Shown here piece by piece: positions 13,761 through 26,368 of a stretch of DNA of 64,000 nt. Origin of the DNA: Tubulanus polymorphus (lineage: Eukaryota; Animalia; Nemertea); NCBI RefSeq assembly GCF_964204645.1, contig NC_134034.1, positions 4,233,814 through 4,297,813 on the forward strand, given 5' to 3'. The notes below the pieces were generated by a model that was given only the letters and a program-made list of their open reading frames with translations, ran no database searches and was not told where the DNA came from. The translations under genes were made by a program, and so were the position numbers. Every line of letters starts with the position of its first letter. The stretch's first letter is position 1.

Positions 13761-15106
13761 TTAATAAACAACCGTTGGTGCGATTCCGTGTTGTGTTCTG
13801 TTAAGCAGTATCTGATATTTACAACGCAGAGAAAGGTTTGAAAACATGTTAAGCAGAATAAAAACAAATGCTCATCGGTAAGATGGAGCGTCTTGTTTTG
13901 TTGATTGCTTGTAAAATGGCAATTTACTTGATGATTGCTTGTTATAAATGGCAATTTGTTGTTGTCTGGGCATACTTTTTTATCCTCAGAAATAGGCACA
14001 TTTTAATCAATGGCCGACCCCATCTGACCTTGTTTACTTTTTTACCGATTTATGTTCACGTAGGACTGATGTCTCGACCAATCAAACCTAAAACTGGCAT
14101 TTTGTAAGATCTCAAATGAATAGATTGATTAATATGATTAAAACGTACGCGAAATTAGTCAGGTCAGGTCTAAAAGTGTTTATGAACTGTTCTTAAGTTG
14201 TAATAATGATTATATAGAACTATATAGAACCGTAATCAGCTTAGCGGTTATTGAGATTATTTATAGTTGTGGTCGTTTTGAACCAATATCATTTCAGACG
14301 AGAAACGTTCCTAGACGTGGCCGCACACCACATAGTAGTGTTAACCGTGGATAATTAGATTAATCTAGATACCGTAGCTTTTCCTAACACTTCAAAATTC
14401 CATACGCTCTCCTCGACGATCGGACTCGTTCAACTCAACTTATCATTCAGAGGAGAAGGATTTCAGATTTCAAATTACTGGTTCTTAAAAAATTCTCTGG
14501 TTCGAGTTTAAAAGCTCATGGTGAATGGCACGGGTTAAATAGGTTTCCCGAACTGCAATTACGACGATCCCCCGAACAACCACGCGTCTTTTATGGCGTT
14601 GAATTTGCATGAAAACTACCATCGAAACTACCTTTAACAAGCGATTAACGAGAATTATAGAATTCCGATGCCTTACCGCGTATCAGGTGGCCTTTTTAAA
14701 CCTTAGAAACTGATCGCTATACGTGCGTTGCGTTTAAAGTTCAAAGACGGCATCAAATATGAGCGGGGAAAGTAAAAAACGAGCTATCCCACTGCCTTTG
14801 AACAGTGGGCCTTTCTTTGATCAGAATTAGATGAAACTAGATGAATAGCAATAGGTAAAGTTATTTATTTGATTTACGAGCTTTTGCTGCTCAACATATA
14901 TGGTAGTTAGTTTATCAGGTGAATGTTGCTAATTAAGAGTGAAAGCTTGTGCACGTTATAGGTGCTGAACACTGGGCATTACAATCAACTGCGAATAGAA
15001 TTGCTATTTTGAGCGGAGACTGTCTCTGGCGATCGAGTTTTAACATTTCAATCGTGAGACAGACAACGAGCCAATTTAAAGCGATGACGCAAGATGAAAC
15101 CTTCGA

Positions 15107-15174
15107 AATGAAATATTAAACCATCACAAGCAACTGTACAAATGAAATATTAAACCATCACAAGCAACTGTACA
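15107..15174 (+). repeat. Perfect 34-bp tandem duplication
   Basis: AATGAAATATTAAACCATCACAAGCAACTGTACA occurs twice. Confidence 0.9.
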
Positions 15175-15360
15175 ACACAGAAAACGATAATATACGGTAT
15201 ACGGTTCCATTCTAGCACGCTTGGTGAGTACTGAATTGCTATTTCCACGTTTCTTCGTGAGGTAAAACCACTCTCTCGCCTTGAACCAGTGAGAAGAAAC
15301 AGCCACCCGCGGTACCAGGCAGGCGGTTATTGTTTAGTTATGGTGGATGGTAAGTTTTTC

Positions 15361-15713
15361 CATAGAACTATAAGCGAAAGGGAAGGCCAACTCCATGACG
15401 TCACTATACATTTGCTTTTGCTATCTTCGAAATGGATCAGCGCCCTCACTGGTGGCGTTAAACAATAGGTTGTCAGAAATATTTTTGATTATATCAATCA
15501 CTGCGAGCATTGGACATAACCGTTTTTCAAGATTTGGTATTAAGAATTAAACAAATCAATGAAAAACGCTAAATGAGAATAAAGCCCGGCAACCAGTCTA
15601 CAAAATCTTTTGTTTATCGCCACCGGTGAGGGCGCTGAACAAACCACAAGATTACTAGCGGTGCCTAGCGGATTTTTGAGGAGTCGGCCTTTCCGTTCGC
15701 TTATAGTTCTATG
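15361..15713 (+). mobile_element. Family B MITE (CATAG...CTATG termini, P-element-like), complete
   Basis: ~34-bp TIRs CATAGAACTATAAGCGAAAGGGAAGGCCAACTCC and GGAGTCGGCCTTTCCGTTCGCTTATAGTTCTATG, plus an inner 28-bp inverted repeat (15438-15465 / 15610-15637). Other copies are at 48133-48542 and 57789-58013. No clean TSD. Confidence 0.85.
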
Positions 15714-15737
15714 GTTGGTTCCACAGTTGACTCGACC

Positions 15738-16070
15738 AATGCCAACGCTACTGTGGCAATCGAATATTCCACTTTGGAGAGGCGAAGACCCGACAGGTTC
15801 GCTAGTAGTAATTCGGCCTCCCGCGGTCGATTTCTTCTAATTTTGAATGGACTTTTCTTTTGAATAATTCCATCATTAATTAGGGGCCTACCAATAACTG
15901 AGTAAAGAAATGAATATAAAGTCTATTTTGATGATTCTCGTGATAATGTATCGTTTCGGAAGCCTGAAAATACGGTTCAAACATGATTGAAAATGAAGTA
16001 ATTCTGATAACGTAACACTGAGTGTTCGTCACGCCATCTGGCGGGATAACTGGTATATTTCAGCTCTCCA
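15738..16070 (+). mobile_element. Family A element
   Basis: ACGCTACTGTGGCAATCGAATATTCCAC head and ACGCCATCTGGCGGGATAA (16031) near the end. Confidence 0.75.
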
Positions 16071-17724
16071 TATCCTAAGTTTAGTACGGGACTCGAAGCG
16101 AGACGTTTTGGTCGCTTTCGAATCAGTGAATCTATCGATGAAGTGTAATCTCCATTTCTAAAAAGTGATCGCAATTTTTGTGGCGATGACGCGCTAAGTA
16201 GATTCTATTTTCAAAAGGCCGGTACCGGAATGGCGAGATTAGAAAAAAGTGTATCAGCCATACCCGATAATGGACGTATTCGGTCGTCTCTCGGGTTTTC
16301 TATCTTACGATCTTATATAGCCTGCGTTAGCTACGTATGATAGCTTTATCGCGTGTTTGTATGAGACAGGCGGTATTTTCAGCCGTCGAGCGAAATAAAT
16401 TAACCGAAGAACAGACCGATGATGTTGACACGCCCTCTGTTTTCATGCGCATAAACGGTAGATAGTTCGCAGAAATCGCGCTTAGATCTACACAGCTTTG
16501 CCCGCATCTGTCTACACGTTCTGTCTAAACCGTCCTTCGAAATTCGATCGTCCAAACTTCGTACATTTTCAGTCACACGATGTATTTCAAACTTTTGGCT
16601 TTTTTTCGTACCATCATCATTATCACTTTGGGTCCATTACTTTACCCTCATTTCTAATTAATTACTAGCGTTAAACGATAAGGAAACGCAAAAGGGAAAC
16701 CAAAAAAAGCTGCCGGGTGGTTTCAATTAAATTTTCAAAACATGATCGTCTGACTTCACCTGAGACTTTTGTAATCGAGACTTAACCAGACACCACGCAC
16801 TTTGTCGCTACAACGCTTTCAAGAAGCGAACTTCTACACTTCCGATATGTTAAGGACGTTACCTGAGACATTTTAATTGAAAATCAACAACATACGCAAG
16901 ACATACGCAATTCCCAAACGACGCGATTGCCCAGACAACGAGCTACAAATACCGGACACAAGATATCTTATCTGCGCAATAGTGATCGTCAATTACTTCA
17001 TATATTCAGGACATCAGATAAGACGGTGCTAATTGAAAGCACAAGCACTTGACGAAGCATACGTACGTACGTACATAAGCGGTCGTTCATGCTTCACACG
17101 AAATGTAACGGTGAATGACTAAACTTGAGCGGCTTAAGGCTGAAGAGTGGTACCTGCATCGCTTAGTACATATAAATCATGGCACATATAAATCATGGCA
17201 CAAGCCTTCGTAATAGATCATACTTTTTGAAAATTGTTATTCACGCGTCGAGGGTGTAATTACAATGAAAAGCACATCGATTATTCCGAGGTTAATCAAA
17301 CTTTATACAGCCCAAAATACAAATCAAGATATGTTGCCAATAACGACTAGTTTATGGTCTTTGAATTGGTAATTCCCATAAACCATCAGCATAAGAGTAC
17401 GAATTCGATATATCGGCCCTTTATAAAATCATATGCTGACTATATCAGTCCCCTCGTGAGGCTGAAAGGTGTTTTTGTGTTAAGACTCTTCCAGAGAAGG
17501 TGCTGTGCAATCGGCGGCATCGTAATGAACTGCTGAGGAGGAGAAGTGATTGGATCTATCACGATCCAGCGAGAAATGACGACTTGTACAGACCACGTTG
17601 GCACCGAAAATCCCTCATCCATGCTTAAACTGAACAGAAATTCACTCGAATAAGATGCGACCAAGGATATGAGACACAAGTTACTTGTTCGTAATACCGA
17701 AAACTATGAATTGCGCAACGTACA

Positions 17725-17970
17725 GCACACTAGCAACACCTGGTGGATCCTCAATTGTCACAAGCTGAATCCTCTATTGACACTTGTTGATGTCCTACTG
17801 CGCGCTTGTGACACCTCGTGGATCCTCACTTGCTACAAGTGGAATACTCTATTGCCGCAGTAGTTGATGTTCTACTGCACACTAGCAACACCTGATGGAT
17901 AATAATAATAATAATAATAATCTTTATTTTATGGATCCTCACTTTTCACAAGCTGAATCCTCTATTGTCA
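17725..17970 (-). repeat. ~75-bp tandem repeat related to the family A head, ~3 units, with (AAT)n
   Basis: Repeated GGATCCTCA..TG..ACAAG..GAAT.CTCTATTG; reverse complement of the 37870-38150 array. Confidence 0.8.
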
Positions 17971-18564
17971 GATTAGTAGACGCGCTTCTTTTCGCTATTA
18001 CCTGGCTGGTAGATCATCGGTTACAATCGTGGAATCTTCGCCAGTCACGATCGATTACTAAATCCTCACTGTACCTGGCGTGTTGAAGCCATACTGTTTG
18101 TGTTCCCGTTCAGCCATTTGCTTTCTTTGCGCGTGACTTCACCATATTGACTGACAAACATCATGACGACCACCGCAGTTTCGTATATTCCCCGATTATT
18201 CCGGCAACGAAAAGGTCTTGAGTGAATAGAAAACCAAACGACGAGGCGAACATTCTAGATCCGTTTTTCTGATATTTTGTTTATATCCAAACAAGTAAAC
18301 AATGTTTTGGGAGGTAAAATATGACAAAAAAAATGATCTGATTCAATCGCTTCGGCGTTTACCATTCCCTTAGTATTATATTCTCAATAAAACGAGACAT
18401 TAAGGTTAACTATTTGATTGACGCATTTGACGCTTTCGCTTCATCAGGTGAAGCTACTACGAGTATACATCAGTATAGCGAAAGCTAGCCCGTGAAATGA
18501 ATATAAAAAATTCTTACTCTACAACCGGTTAACACAGCTCCTCCACGAATCTTCTGATTATCTT

Positions 18565-18893
18565 CATCCTCCCTCGGCAGGGATTCGAACCGGACGGTTT
18601 CTCTAACACTGCCACGGCACGAACCCCTGCCATACTAGATCGGGTGCGTAGGTACATGCGCAGCTTTGCCGCACGAAAACTTGCGGCACCAATCAGATTT
18701 GCTCGTTGTATAATCGCTGAGGTTAATTTCACGGATGAAGTATAAATGGGAAAACCCGGGCTACAATGAAACGGTGAAATATCTGATTGGCTAATAATGA
18801 CATCATTTAAACTGCGCACTCGGTCTAGTGTGGCAGGGTTTCGTACCGTGGCAATCGATGCCATCAGGTTCGAATCCCTGCTGGGGGAGGATG
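18565..18893. mobile_element. Family C palindromic MITE with 9-bp TSD (Mutator-like)
   Basis: CATCCTCCC...GGGAGGATG flanked by GATTATCTT at 18556-18564 and 18894-18902. Confidence 0.9.
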
Positions 18894-19458
18894 GATTATC
18901 TTTTTGTATCTTTCGCTGGTATCTATGAAAAGTCTCCAGTGACAAGCGAACTATGACGTTATAACCCATTCCTTACCTCGTCGTCGCAGAACTCTCATTA
19001 TGGCTATATATACAAATATCTGTACATACCAATTAATTGCACTAGATGACCCATATCAGATTCCAACCTGTCGGATGATCTACCCCCAGTAACTCAGTTT
19101 ATATCTCAGCGATATGCCACGTCCTCGAGATTGGTTTCATTCGAGGTGAAATAATTTCCAGTCGCACGGCTATGATTGGAGTCGATGACACACGCTGTCG
19201 TCGGTAATCACTCGCGCTGTCATTTACAGCAGCGCCGACAGCGACACAGACACCGGGCTAACTGGACGACACTTAGCGGTAAATCAGTCGCCAATAGCCC
19301 GGGTAATTTACACACGAGATCTAACGGTCAGTTTCACCGCTCCTTATGATAATATGCTACCTGTTACACGGCGCAGAATCAAATTAGGCGAATTTATCGA
19401 AATATACTCTCAATCCCATCAAGTACTCAGTAGTTGTCGAATTAACACTATAATCCGT

Positions 19459-20183
19459 GTATACTCTGGTGGCTGATAAGGGCCATAGCGTAGAATTCCT
19501 GGTATGTAAATGAGGGCGCCAGAACGCCAAAACGAAAAAAAACGTCCAATTTTCTCTAAAAGTTCGTTTTGGCGCGCCAAAACAACGAAAATTCCGTTTT
19601 GGCGCCCCCGCCAAAACAACGAAAAACGTCGAAATTTCCCTGAAATTTCGTTTTGGCGCCCCCGCCAAAACAACGAAAAACGAGAAATTTCGACGTTTTT
19701 CGTTGTTTTGGCGGGGGCGCCAAAACAAAAGTTCGTTTTGGCGGGGGCGCCAAAATGAAAGTTCGTTTTGGCGGGAACGCCAAAACGGAATTTTTTCCGT
19801 TTTGGCGCGCCAAAACGAACTTTCAGAGAAAATTGGACGTTTTTCGTTGTTTTGGCGGGGGCGCCAAAACGGAATATTCGTTGTTTTGGCGCGCCAAAAC
19901 GAACTTTTAGAGAAATTTCGACGTTTTTCGTTGTTTTGGCGGGGGCGCCAAAACGGAATTTTTTCCGTTTTGGTGCGCCAAAACGAACTTTCAGAGAAAA
20001 TTGGACGTTTTTCGTTGTTTTGGCGGGGGCGCCAAAACGAAAGTTCGTTTTGGCGGGGGCGCCAAAACGAACTTTTAGAGGAAATTTGACGTTTTTTTTC
20101 GTTTTGGCGTCCTGGCGTTCTGGCGCCCTCATTTACATACCAGGAATTTTACGCTATGGCCCTTATCAGCCACCATAGTATAC
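19459..20183. mobile_element. Foldback-type DNA element with long TIRs and internal TTTTGGCG..CGCCAAAA minisatellite
   Basis: Near-perfect TIRs of ~70 bp (GTATACT(C/A)TGGTGGCTGATAAGGGCCATAGCGTA.AATTCCTGGTATGTAAATGAGGGCGCCAGAACGCCA) that extend further imperfectly. TA/TATA lies at both ends, and there are ~13 internal palindromic modules. Confidence 0.92.
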
Positions 20184-20377
20184 TGTAGATAAATGAAGAA
20201 ATCCCTTCACTTAGTTACATAATCTGTTTTACTCTGTACTGTTTAGAATTGCTGTGGTTTCCACGGTACCCCTTGATGTTTTTATTGCTTGGTCTGTTTA
20301 TCTTTAGTTTTGATACACTGCTTCTATTTTAGATCCTGTGAGTTTGTATGCTTTGTTACTTGTTTTTCTGGTCATTC

Positions 20378-20418
20378 CACCTGATGATGGCTGTTAGTCA
20401 ACAGCCGAAACGTTGTGG
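20378..20418 (+). ncRNA. Minimal type I hammerhead ribozyme (Penelope-type)
   Basis: CCAC-CTGATGA-T-GGCTGTT-AGTC-AACAGCC-GAAA-CGTT-GTGG: stem I CCAC/GTGG, perfect 7-bp stem II, intact core, palindromic AACGTT stem III. Confidence 0.85.
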
Positions 20419-20760
20419 TTTCAAAATAATAAATTCTATCCTATAATTTAATTCGAAGTGTGGGATTTCTTCATTTAAGTACTCAGTTTGTTTATCCAGA
20501 GGTATATATAGCCAGTTTAGGGTAGGCGTACTGTACTTGCCTTACAACGCTGAAGACCGTGGTAAACCTAATATCCATTCACCCTTAGTCACTTTGTTAT
20601 CTTTTGTTTCTATACTTATTGACATTTTATTTATTCTAGTGCATATTTCAAAGTTCATAGTTATAATTCATTTTTCTACTATTCCTCAGATACGTACATT
20701 TTGTGAATTATGTTTCGGTAGCAAATTAAATGTTATAAAGTTATGCTTCTGTTAATGAAG

Positions 20761-21142
20761 CTACTGAGTAAAATCCTGAGTATAAGTGAGAAAAAATACC
20801 GGCCACTCATATGCAGGTCGACCATATTTATTGCAACGATCGGCCATATATTTATTCAAACGAAATTCAACATTCAACTCATTTATCCAGAAAGGATACT
20901 CCCTATACTCTATAGCCGGGATGAGGTAGATTTCGATGAATTCGAACCAGTGGATTTTCTGAGAGACTAGCGACGGATAAAAGGGCAAGCGAAATGTAGG
21001 GCAGCGGTAGGGGTCTACAGTTCGCTAACGCACAATAATGCGCGCTATTGCCACCAGGTTGAGGTGACTGACAATCTTTATCTTCATTCGAGCAGCAGTT
21101 CTTTTGGCTCCAAGTTGAAATATCGTCACGATCACATAGCAT
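20761..21142 (-). pseudogene. Possible decayed coding fragment (two overlapping protein-like frames, one Cys-rich)
   Basis: The frames LCDRDDISTWSQKNCCSNEDKDCQSPQPGGNSAHYCALANC and KIHWFEFIEIYLIPAIEYREYPFWINE overlap and could be joined by a frameshift. No family recognised. Confidence 0.2.
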
Positions 21143-21863
21143 TAAAAATATAATATTCGTATATTCTTTGGTTGGTGTAGGCCCTTTGTTTAAGTTAAGG
21201 CCTTTTAGTTAAGCAACTGTTGATGACCGAGTAGCTAAAACTCCGCGAACATGGTTGGTTATCTTTTGCCCAAAATGAATTCTTTATTTGCCACAATGAA
21301 ATTGCTAGGACCTCACTGCATGATCGAAACGTTGAAGTCCGACAACCTACGTGGCCTACCGCCACATACTTTCATCGCTATTACCAATACGGTTCGAATC
21401 ATCAATGCTTCAATTGATCAGTTGAAAAATTCTGGTCCTTTTCCTTTAGGATACATGTAATTGATGGTAAAATCGTGATACTGATGAATTCAATTTTTCA
21501 ATATTATATAAAACTCATACGTGCACGTATGACTCAGGAGTGTCTCACAAAAGTACGTGAATGGATGTTTTTTTTCAGTCTAGACTGAAATCAATCAATA
21601 ACCCTACAACTAGGCAACAGATATCGATGCATTCAGTTAGACGCTACTCAAAGTATCGATCTACGTAAAACTTGATTTGATTTCCGGAGACGTCAGAGTA
21701 ACTTTATGCGGAGGCCGCACTCATACAGCAATTAGCAGCGTGCCTCGTGATCCTAATCGACCGAATGAAGTTGACATGTGACGGGACAGAGACTTTGATA
21801 ACTTGTGTAGACGCATTAGAGCGTGAGAAAACTTGCTAAAACAACTTCATATGCCTGCTAGAA

Positions 21864-22264
21864 CAGAGGTTTGACAAGTGAGGATCAATTGGGTTCGATC
21901 ACTGGACTGTCACTAGGATCGACCAGGTGTCGCTATTAGCTTACTTGGTCTTCTGCGTTTGAAAGTTTCTACGTTTCAATTAAAACTTCACGAACTTTTA
22001 TCTTAAATGAATCAACTTTTTCTGAAAACTTTTCCGATATCGGAGTTGATGATTAAACGTATTGTATATTTGCTAGGTCCTGAAATTATATATCGGAATC
22101 GTGAGCATGAACATTCGGTTCAAAGTTCATTGGAAATGAACTTTTTTTCGAACACGCAAGCACGAGAGTGCTAGCCTAACGTTCCCCCTCAGCGCTATAG
22201 CCGAAGATCTAATTTAGGCTGGTAACGCCATCTGGTGGGATGCTGGTGAAGTTGGGTCCACATT
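21864..22264 (+). mobile_element. Family A element
   Basis: GGATCGACCAGGTGTCGCTA near the start, TTCAAAGTTCATTGGAAATGAAC in the body, and ACGCCATCTGGTGGGATG...GGTCCACATTAA at the end. Confidence 0.7.
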
Positions 22265-24524
22265 AATATTCAACCGCACTGTAAACATAACTTCTAGATG
22301 CCTCAAGGTCATCGGTCACGATCTTGTCAATGGTACCTGCGTAGATTTTCGGCTGATTGTGTGTTCCTAAGAAATCTCAAGCCAACTTGAGACATCCAAC
22401 TCGAGACTGCCAACTTGAGACATATATGATAGAAATGGGACAAAGCGATGAAATCATTTTATTTTGTGGAAGGTTAGCATTCTGGGTGGAAGTTAAGAGA
22501 ATTGATCAAATTTTGATAGAAGAGTACGCATGTTCTATAGGTACCTCACCCACCGTGTGGTAGTGCGTACGGGCTTCTCATTGGAATACCCATATAAGTA
22601 TATAAGTATTGGAATACCGGTATATATGAAATCCCGAAAACAATTTCAGCAAAAGACTCAAATAAATGAGTGCTGCAAGGTTTCAGTGTTGAACTGATCA
22701 CCCGGCGTTCGAATCCCAGTGCCCATCACGTCCCATTCGCCACATGAAGAAGCCACTCATGCTTTTTAAATGAAGCTTCGCCGTGGCTACGATTCGAATG
22801 CACCGGTTCTGGTCGAACAGTGCGACGACAACGTGTCACCTGCGAGTAAAAAAGTTCGATTTGAAGCTGAAAACTCGGGTGCTTTTCGACGCATTAGTGC
22901 ACATGCGACGACTATTATCGAAAAAAGCGCTCGCTGGTTGAATCCCTGGTGAAAAACGAATCTGTCATCGACTAGATTATAGATTTACAATGCAAGACGC
23001 CTCGGGAAAGTTCTTGTCGTCGATTTCAGTTAGAAATAGTGTTTTGTTTCAAATTTTCTCACAGATACGTACGTAGATTTGATTAACTAATTTCTGTAAT
23101 ATCTAGCTTGTTTTTTGAGGGGAAAGTGAAAAAAGAGAAACTTACAAGCCATTCAGAAAACAGAAGAAGATAAAAATATGAAGACTTTCTTTGAATTATG
23201 CTAAAGTAGGCCAATAACGTTCTTAGTTTCTGCTAAATGGACGTTGGATTTTTTATAAATTCGTTTGTTCAGCACGAAGCTTGAATCAACAACGAGATGA
23301 AACGTCGCGACCATCTTTGTCGAAATAGCGAACGGCCTTGTTTTCGTGTCAGAGTCGCCTAGCGTTGATTCGCGCGATATGACAACTGGTTGGATCTAAT
23401 CACCATCGACATCCCCGCGTCTGTTAGACAGCTGGCAAACTTTATCACCCAAGCAAACTAGCTAAGGAATTCAAATGCCGTCTAAGAGTACATTTAAACG
23501 TAAAAACCCTGATGTGCCTCGTGGCCAAATCTTGGCCGGTCGGTTTAGTTTATTTTTCTCTATGTAATTTATGATAAAATGTAAACGAACCGATTTGCAT
23601 AATAAGATTAATGATATAATGGCGTAGCCTAATCAATTTCAAAAGTTACACGTTACACTGAAGCAACAAGTCCACGTTGAATAAAGCGTACCCATATGTC
23701 TTGCGATATTCCCCTTTTCCCAACTTTGTAAAACGCGCACAAATGAATATAGCATCCCACTTACACATTTTTTGTCGATAAACCAGCGAATACCGACATG
23801 TCTAATGCACCGTGTTCTCTATAATAGTCATTTAAATGGTTCAGATAGTAAACTGAATTCACGTCTCGAGTCGATCTTACAGAATCGCTGTAGTCTTATG
23901 GTAATATATGGTCGGAATAAACTTTTCCGAAATGTTTTATACCTCGGGGAACTCGTAAAACTTCGATTATAGAAGATCAATTCAAACAGACTCGGCATCG
24001 ATCGATGGTAACATCCTCTAAATTAGATACGCTTAGAATATTTAAAACCGATTTGGGACGAGAAAAGTGTCTTACATCACTATCACGAAGCCAAATAATC
24101 TAAGCGTAGATTGAGATGTTCAAACCATGAATTACCAGCGAAGACTCTGGTGGATGTGAAAACCAATCGCGCAGCGAACGAGTTTGTAATGATCGCGACC
24201 TGGATACTATCGGTGATGAATTCAGTTCATAGTTTAGTTTAGTTTATTCACTCCACAAGTTATGATAACATTGCACAGAGCACAAAAGTAACGCATAGAT
24301 TACAGTATATATAAAAAATATAATGATAGTATTAATAATAATCATATTAATAATAATAATAACAGTTATGATAATATCAAAAACGATAATAATAATAGTG
24401 ATAGTAATAATATAATACTAATAACAATAATAATTATAATTATAATGAAATTATAATGCAAAATGGGAGTGTAAATTTGTCAACAATATTAGGAATTTGT
24501 ACGTACCTAACAGATATTCAACGA

Positions 24525-24890
24525 TAATCCGCCAGGATCGCTAGTGTTACTGGGTCACCGCGCGTCGATGTTCTTCTACATTTCAATTAAATTCGAATCG
24601 ACTTTTCTCATTTTAGTATTTAAATCAATTTTTCAGTAAGAAAGCGGCTCTTTAATCTATCCTACGACTCGATTGATAATTTTCGGATTTAGCAGCATAA
24701 AAACCGAGGGAAATTTCATTAAAAATGAACTGGTTTTCACTACGAATAAGGATTAGAATAAGGATAGAGCGTATCATTTACACTCCAACCATTTCTATGG
24801 TACATGGAGGGAAACTGTAAAGTATACAATATTTACAATTAACAGAAAATATAACAATCTTTTTAAGACTTTTTTAACTATTCTATTACT
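24525..24890. mobile_element. Family A fragment (+) joined to a LINE 3' end (-)
   Basis: ATCCGCCAGGATCGCTAGTG...AAATGAACTGGTTTTCACTACG, then GAATAAGGATTAGAATAAGGATAG and TTTACACTCCAACCATTTCTATGGTACATGGAG. Confidence 0.7.
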
Positions 24891-26368
24891 ACTCAATCCA
24901 CGTAAAAATGGTACATTGAGGATATTGATTATAACTCGTATAAAAGATAGAATTTGCTCGTCGATGACGCCCAAAGAACGCACAGGCGAGCTAAGAAAAT
25001 TGAAACGTACGTTGCACAGAAAACAATAACCAACACTGAATTAAAACCGTGGGTTAATAATAGAATGGCAAGAAATATGTAGGTATTCTTCGTAACACTA
25101 TTGTGAAGCATCCGTATGGATCAAGGTGGTCTTTAGATACATTTCTCTAACTCTTCTGCATCGAGTGAAAGAAGTCTGCATTAACTTAGAGATTTCAAAG
25201 AGACTGTCGATGTGCATCGACGGAATGATGTTAGTCCATAACTATTCCTCAATCTGAATTAAGCAATCTTACGCAAGACCGCGGGGATAACACGTAACAC
25301 TTACTTAACATGACTACCCGTTAAAAACGGACTTGTTTTAAGCCGTATTTTTGTCAATTTCGAAAAGGAATCATGAATATTTGACAACGTCGCATCTCGG
25401 GAGCGTCGACTGGGATGTCCGCCGAGGATCGTAGCTTTTACTACTACGTATTCCAAAGGTAGCAAAATTATAAACGAAGTTAAGAAGAAGTTTTAGTGAA
25501 AATATTTGCTCCGAGCCACAACGAATAAAGCTGCTATTATAATGTCGCTGCTGCAAATATGCCTGACATATGTTTTCGGGTTTATAGTTTGTTTTCTTTT
25601 TTTTTTGGGGGGGGGGGGTTCATTCAATCACGTTTTGATTCTCAACTATAGCACCAATTGACCCAGAGATATAGGGGACGAAGACGAAGACAGCGCATCA
25701 ACGTCTTGTTTCCGCTATTGGTATTATAACTAAAACGTATATTACATGCGTACATGATAGCCATCAGCAATCGTAATATGCATTACACTATGCGAACTGG
25801 AGATACTTTGTTTCGCTACCTAATTTTGACAAAGAGAGGTTGGTAGAACGAAATCATGCAGATTGTCAAAACTCATAAGGCTTGTCACCGGTCGTCTGTG
25901 AGATCTATTTAGCCGGATAATCATTTCCGATCACTGGTTATTTGTGTTATTACGGCGAGCCCTTTCGTTTCGTCGTGCGGCCGCAATCACGTCTCGGTTT
26001 TATGACGAACCGGTAATAAAATGGCGCTCTTGACTGGCGGCTAAAGGAGCCACTTAGAAGCAACTAAGCAAAGAAATTGACATGAAGAAATGCTCGTCTT
26101 TGCGAGATAATTCACTGAACAACGTGATATGACTCCGACTTCACTACTCAACCTATTTCCGCGCACTGACGTAATGCCGACTTTTTACCCTTATTACGCT
26201 GTAGTCTGGATCACCCAACCAACTCATAGCTAAAGTTTTACCGTAACCGCATCATGATCTGAAGTTCCGCGGTCATTTTTATTAACGGCGTCTAATTTGA
26301 CTTTCGACCGAGCCCCACACGCGTTGGCTCTCGAGTTATTGCGATCTACGTATTATCTTGATGCAGCT

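Larger units (their letters stand above)
19432..20476 (+). mobile_element. Non-autonomous Penelope-like insertion (~330 bp net) interrupted by a foldback element
   Basis: Flanked by the 11-bp direct repeat AAGTACTCAGT (19421-19431, 20477-20487). The inverted piece TAAATGAAGAAATCCC (20190-20205) pairs with GGGATTTCTTCATTTA (20462-20477). T-rich body, HHR at 20378-20418, then AATAAA. Confidence 0.8.

Noticed and set aside
19384-20178. Long overlapping ORFs (up to 237 aa)
   Set aside because: They are open in many frames on both strands because the foldback minisatellite lacks stop codons.
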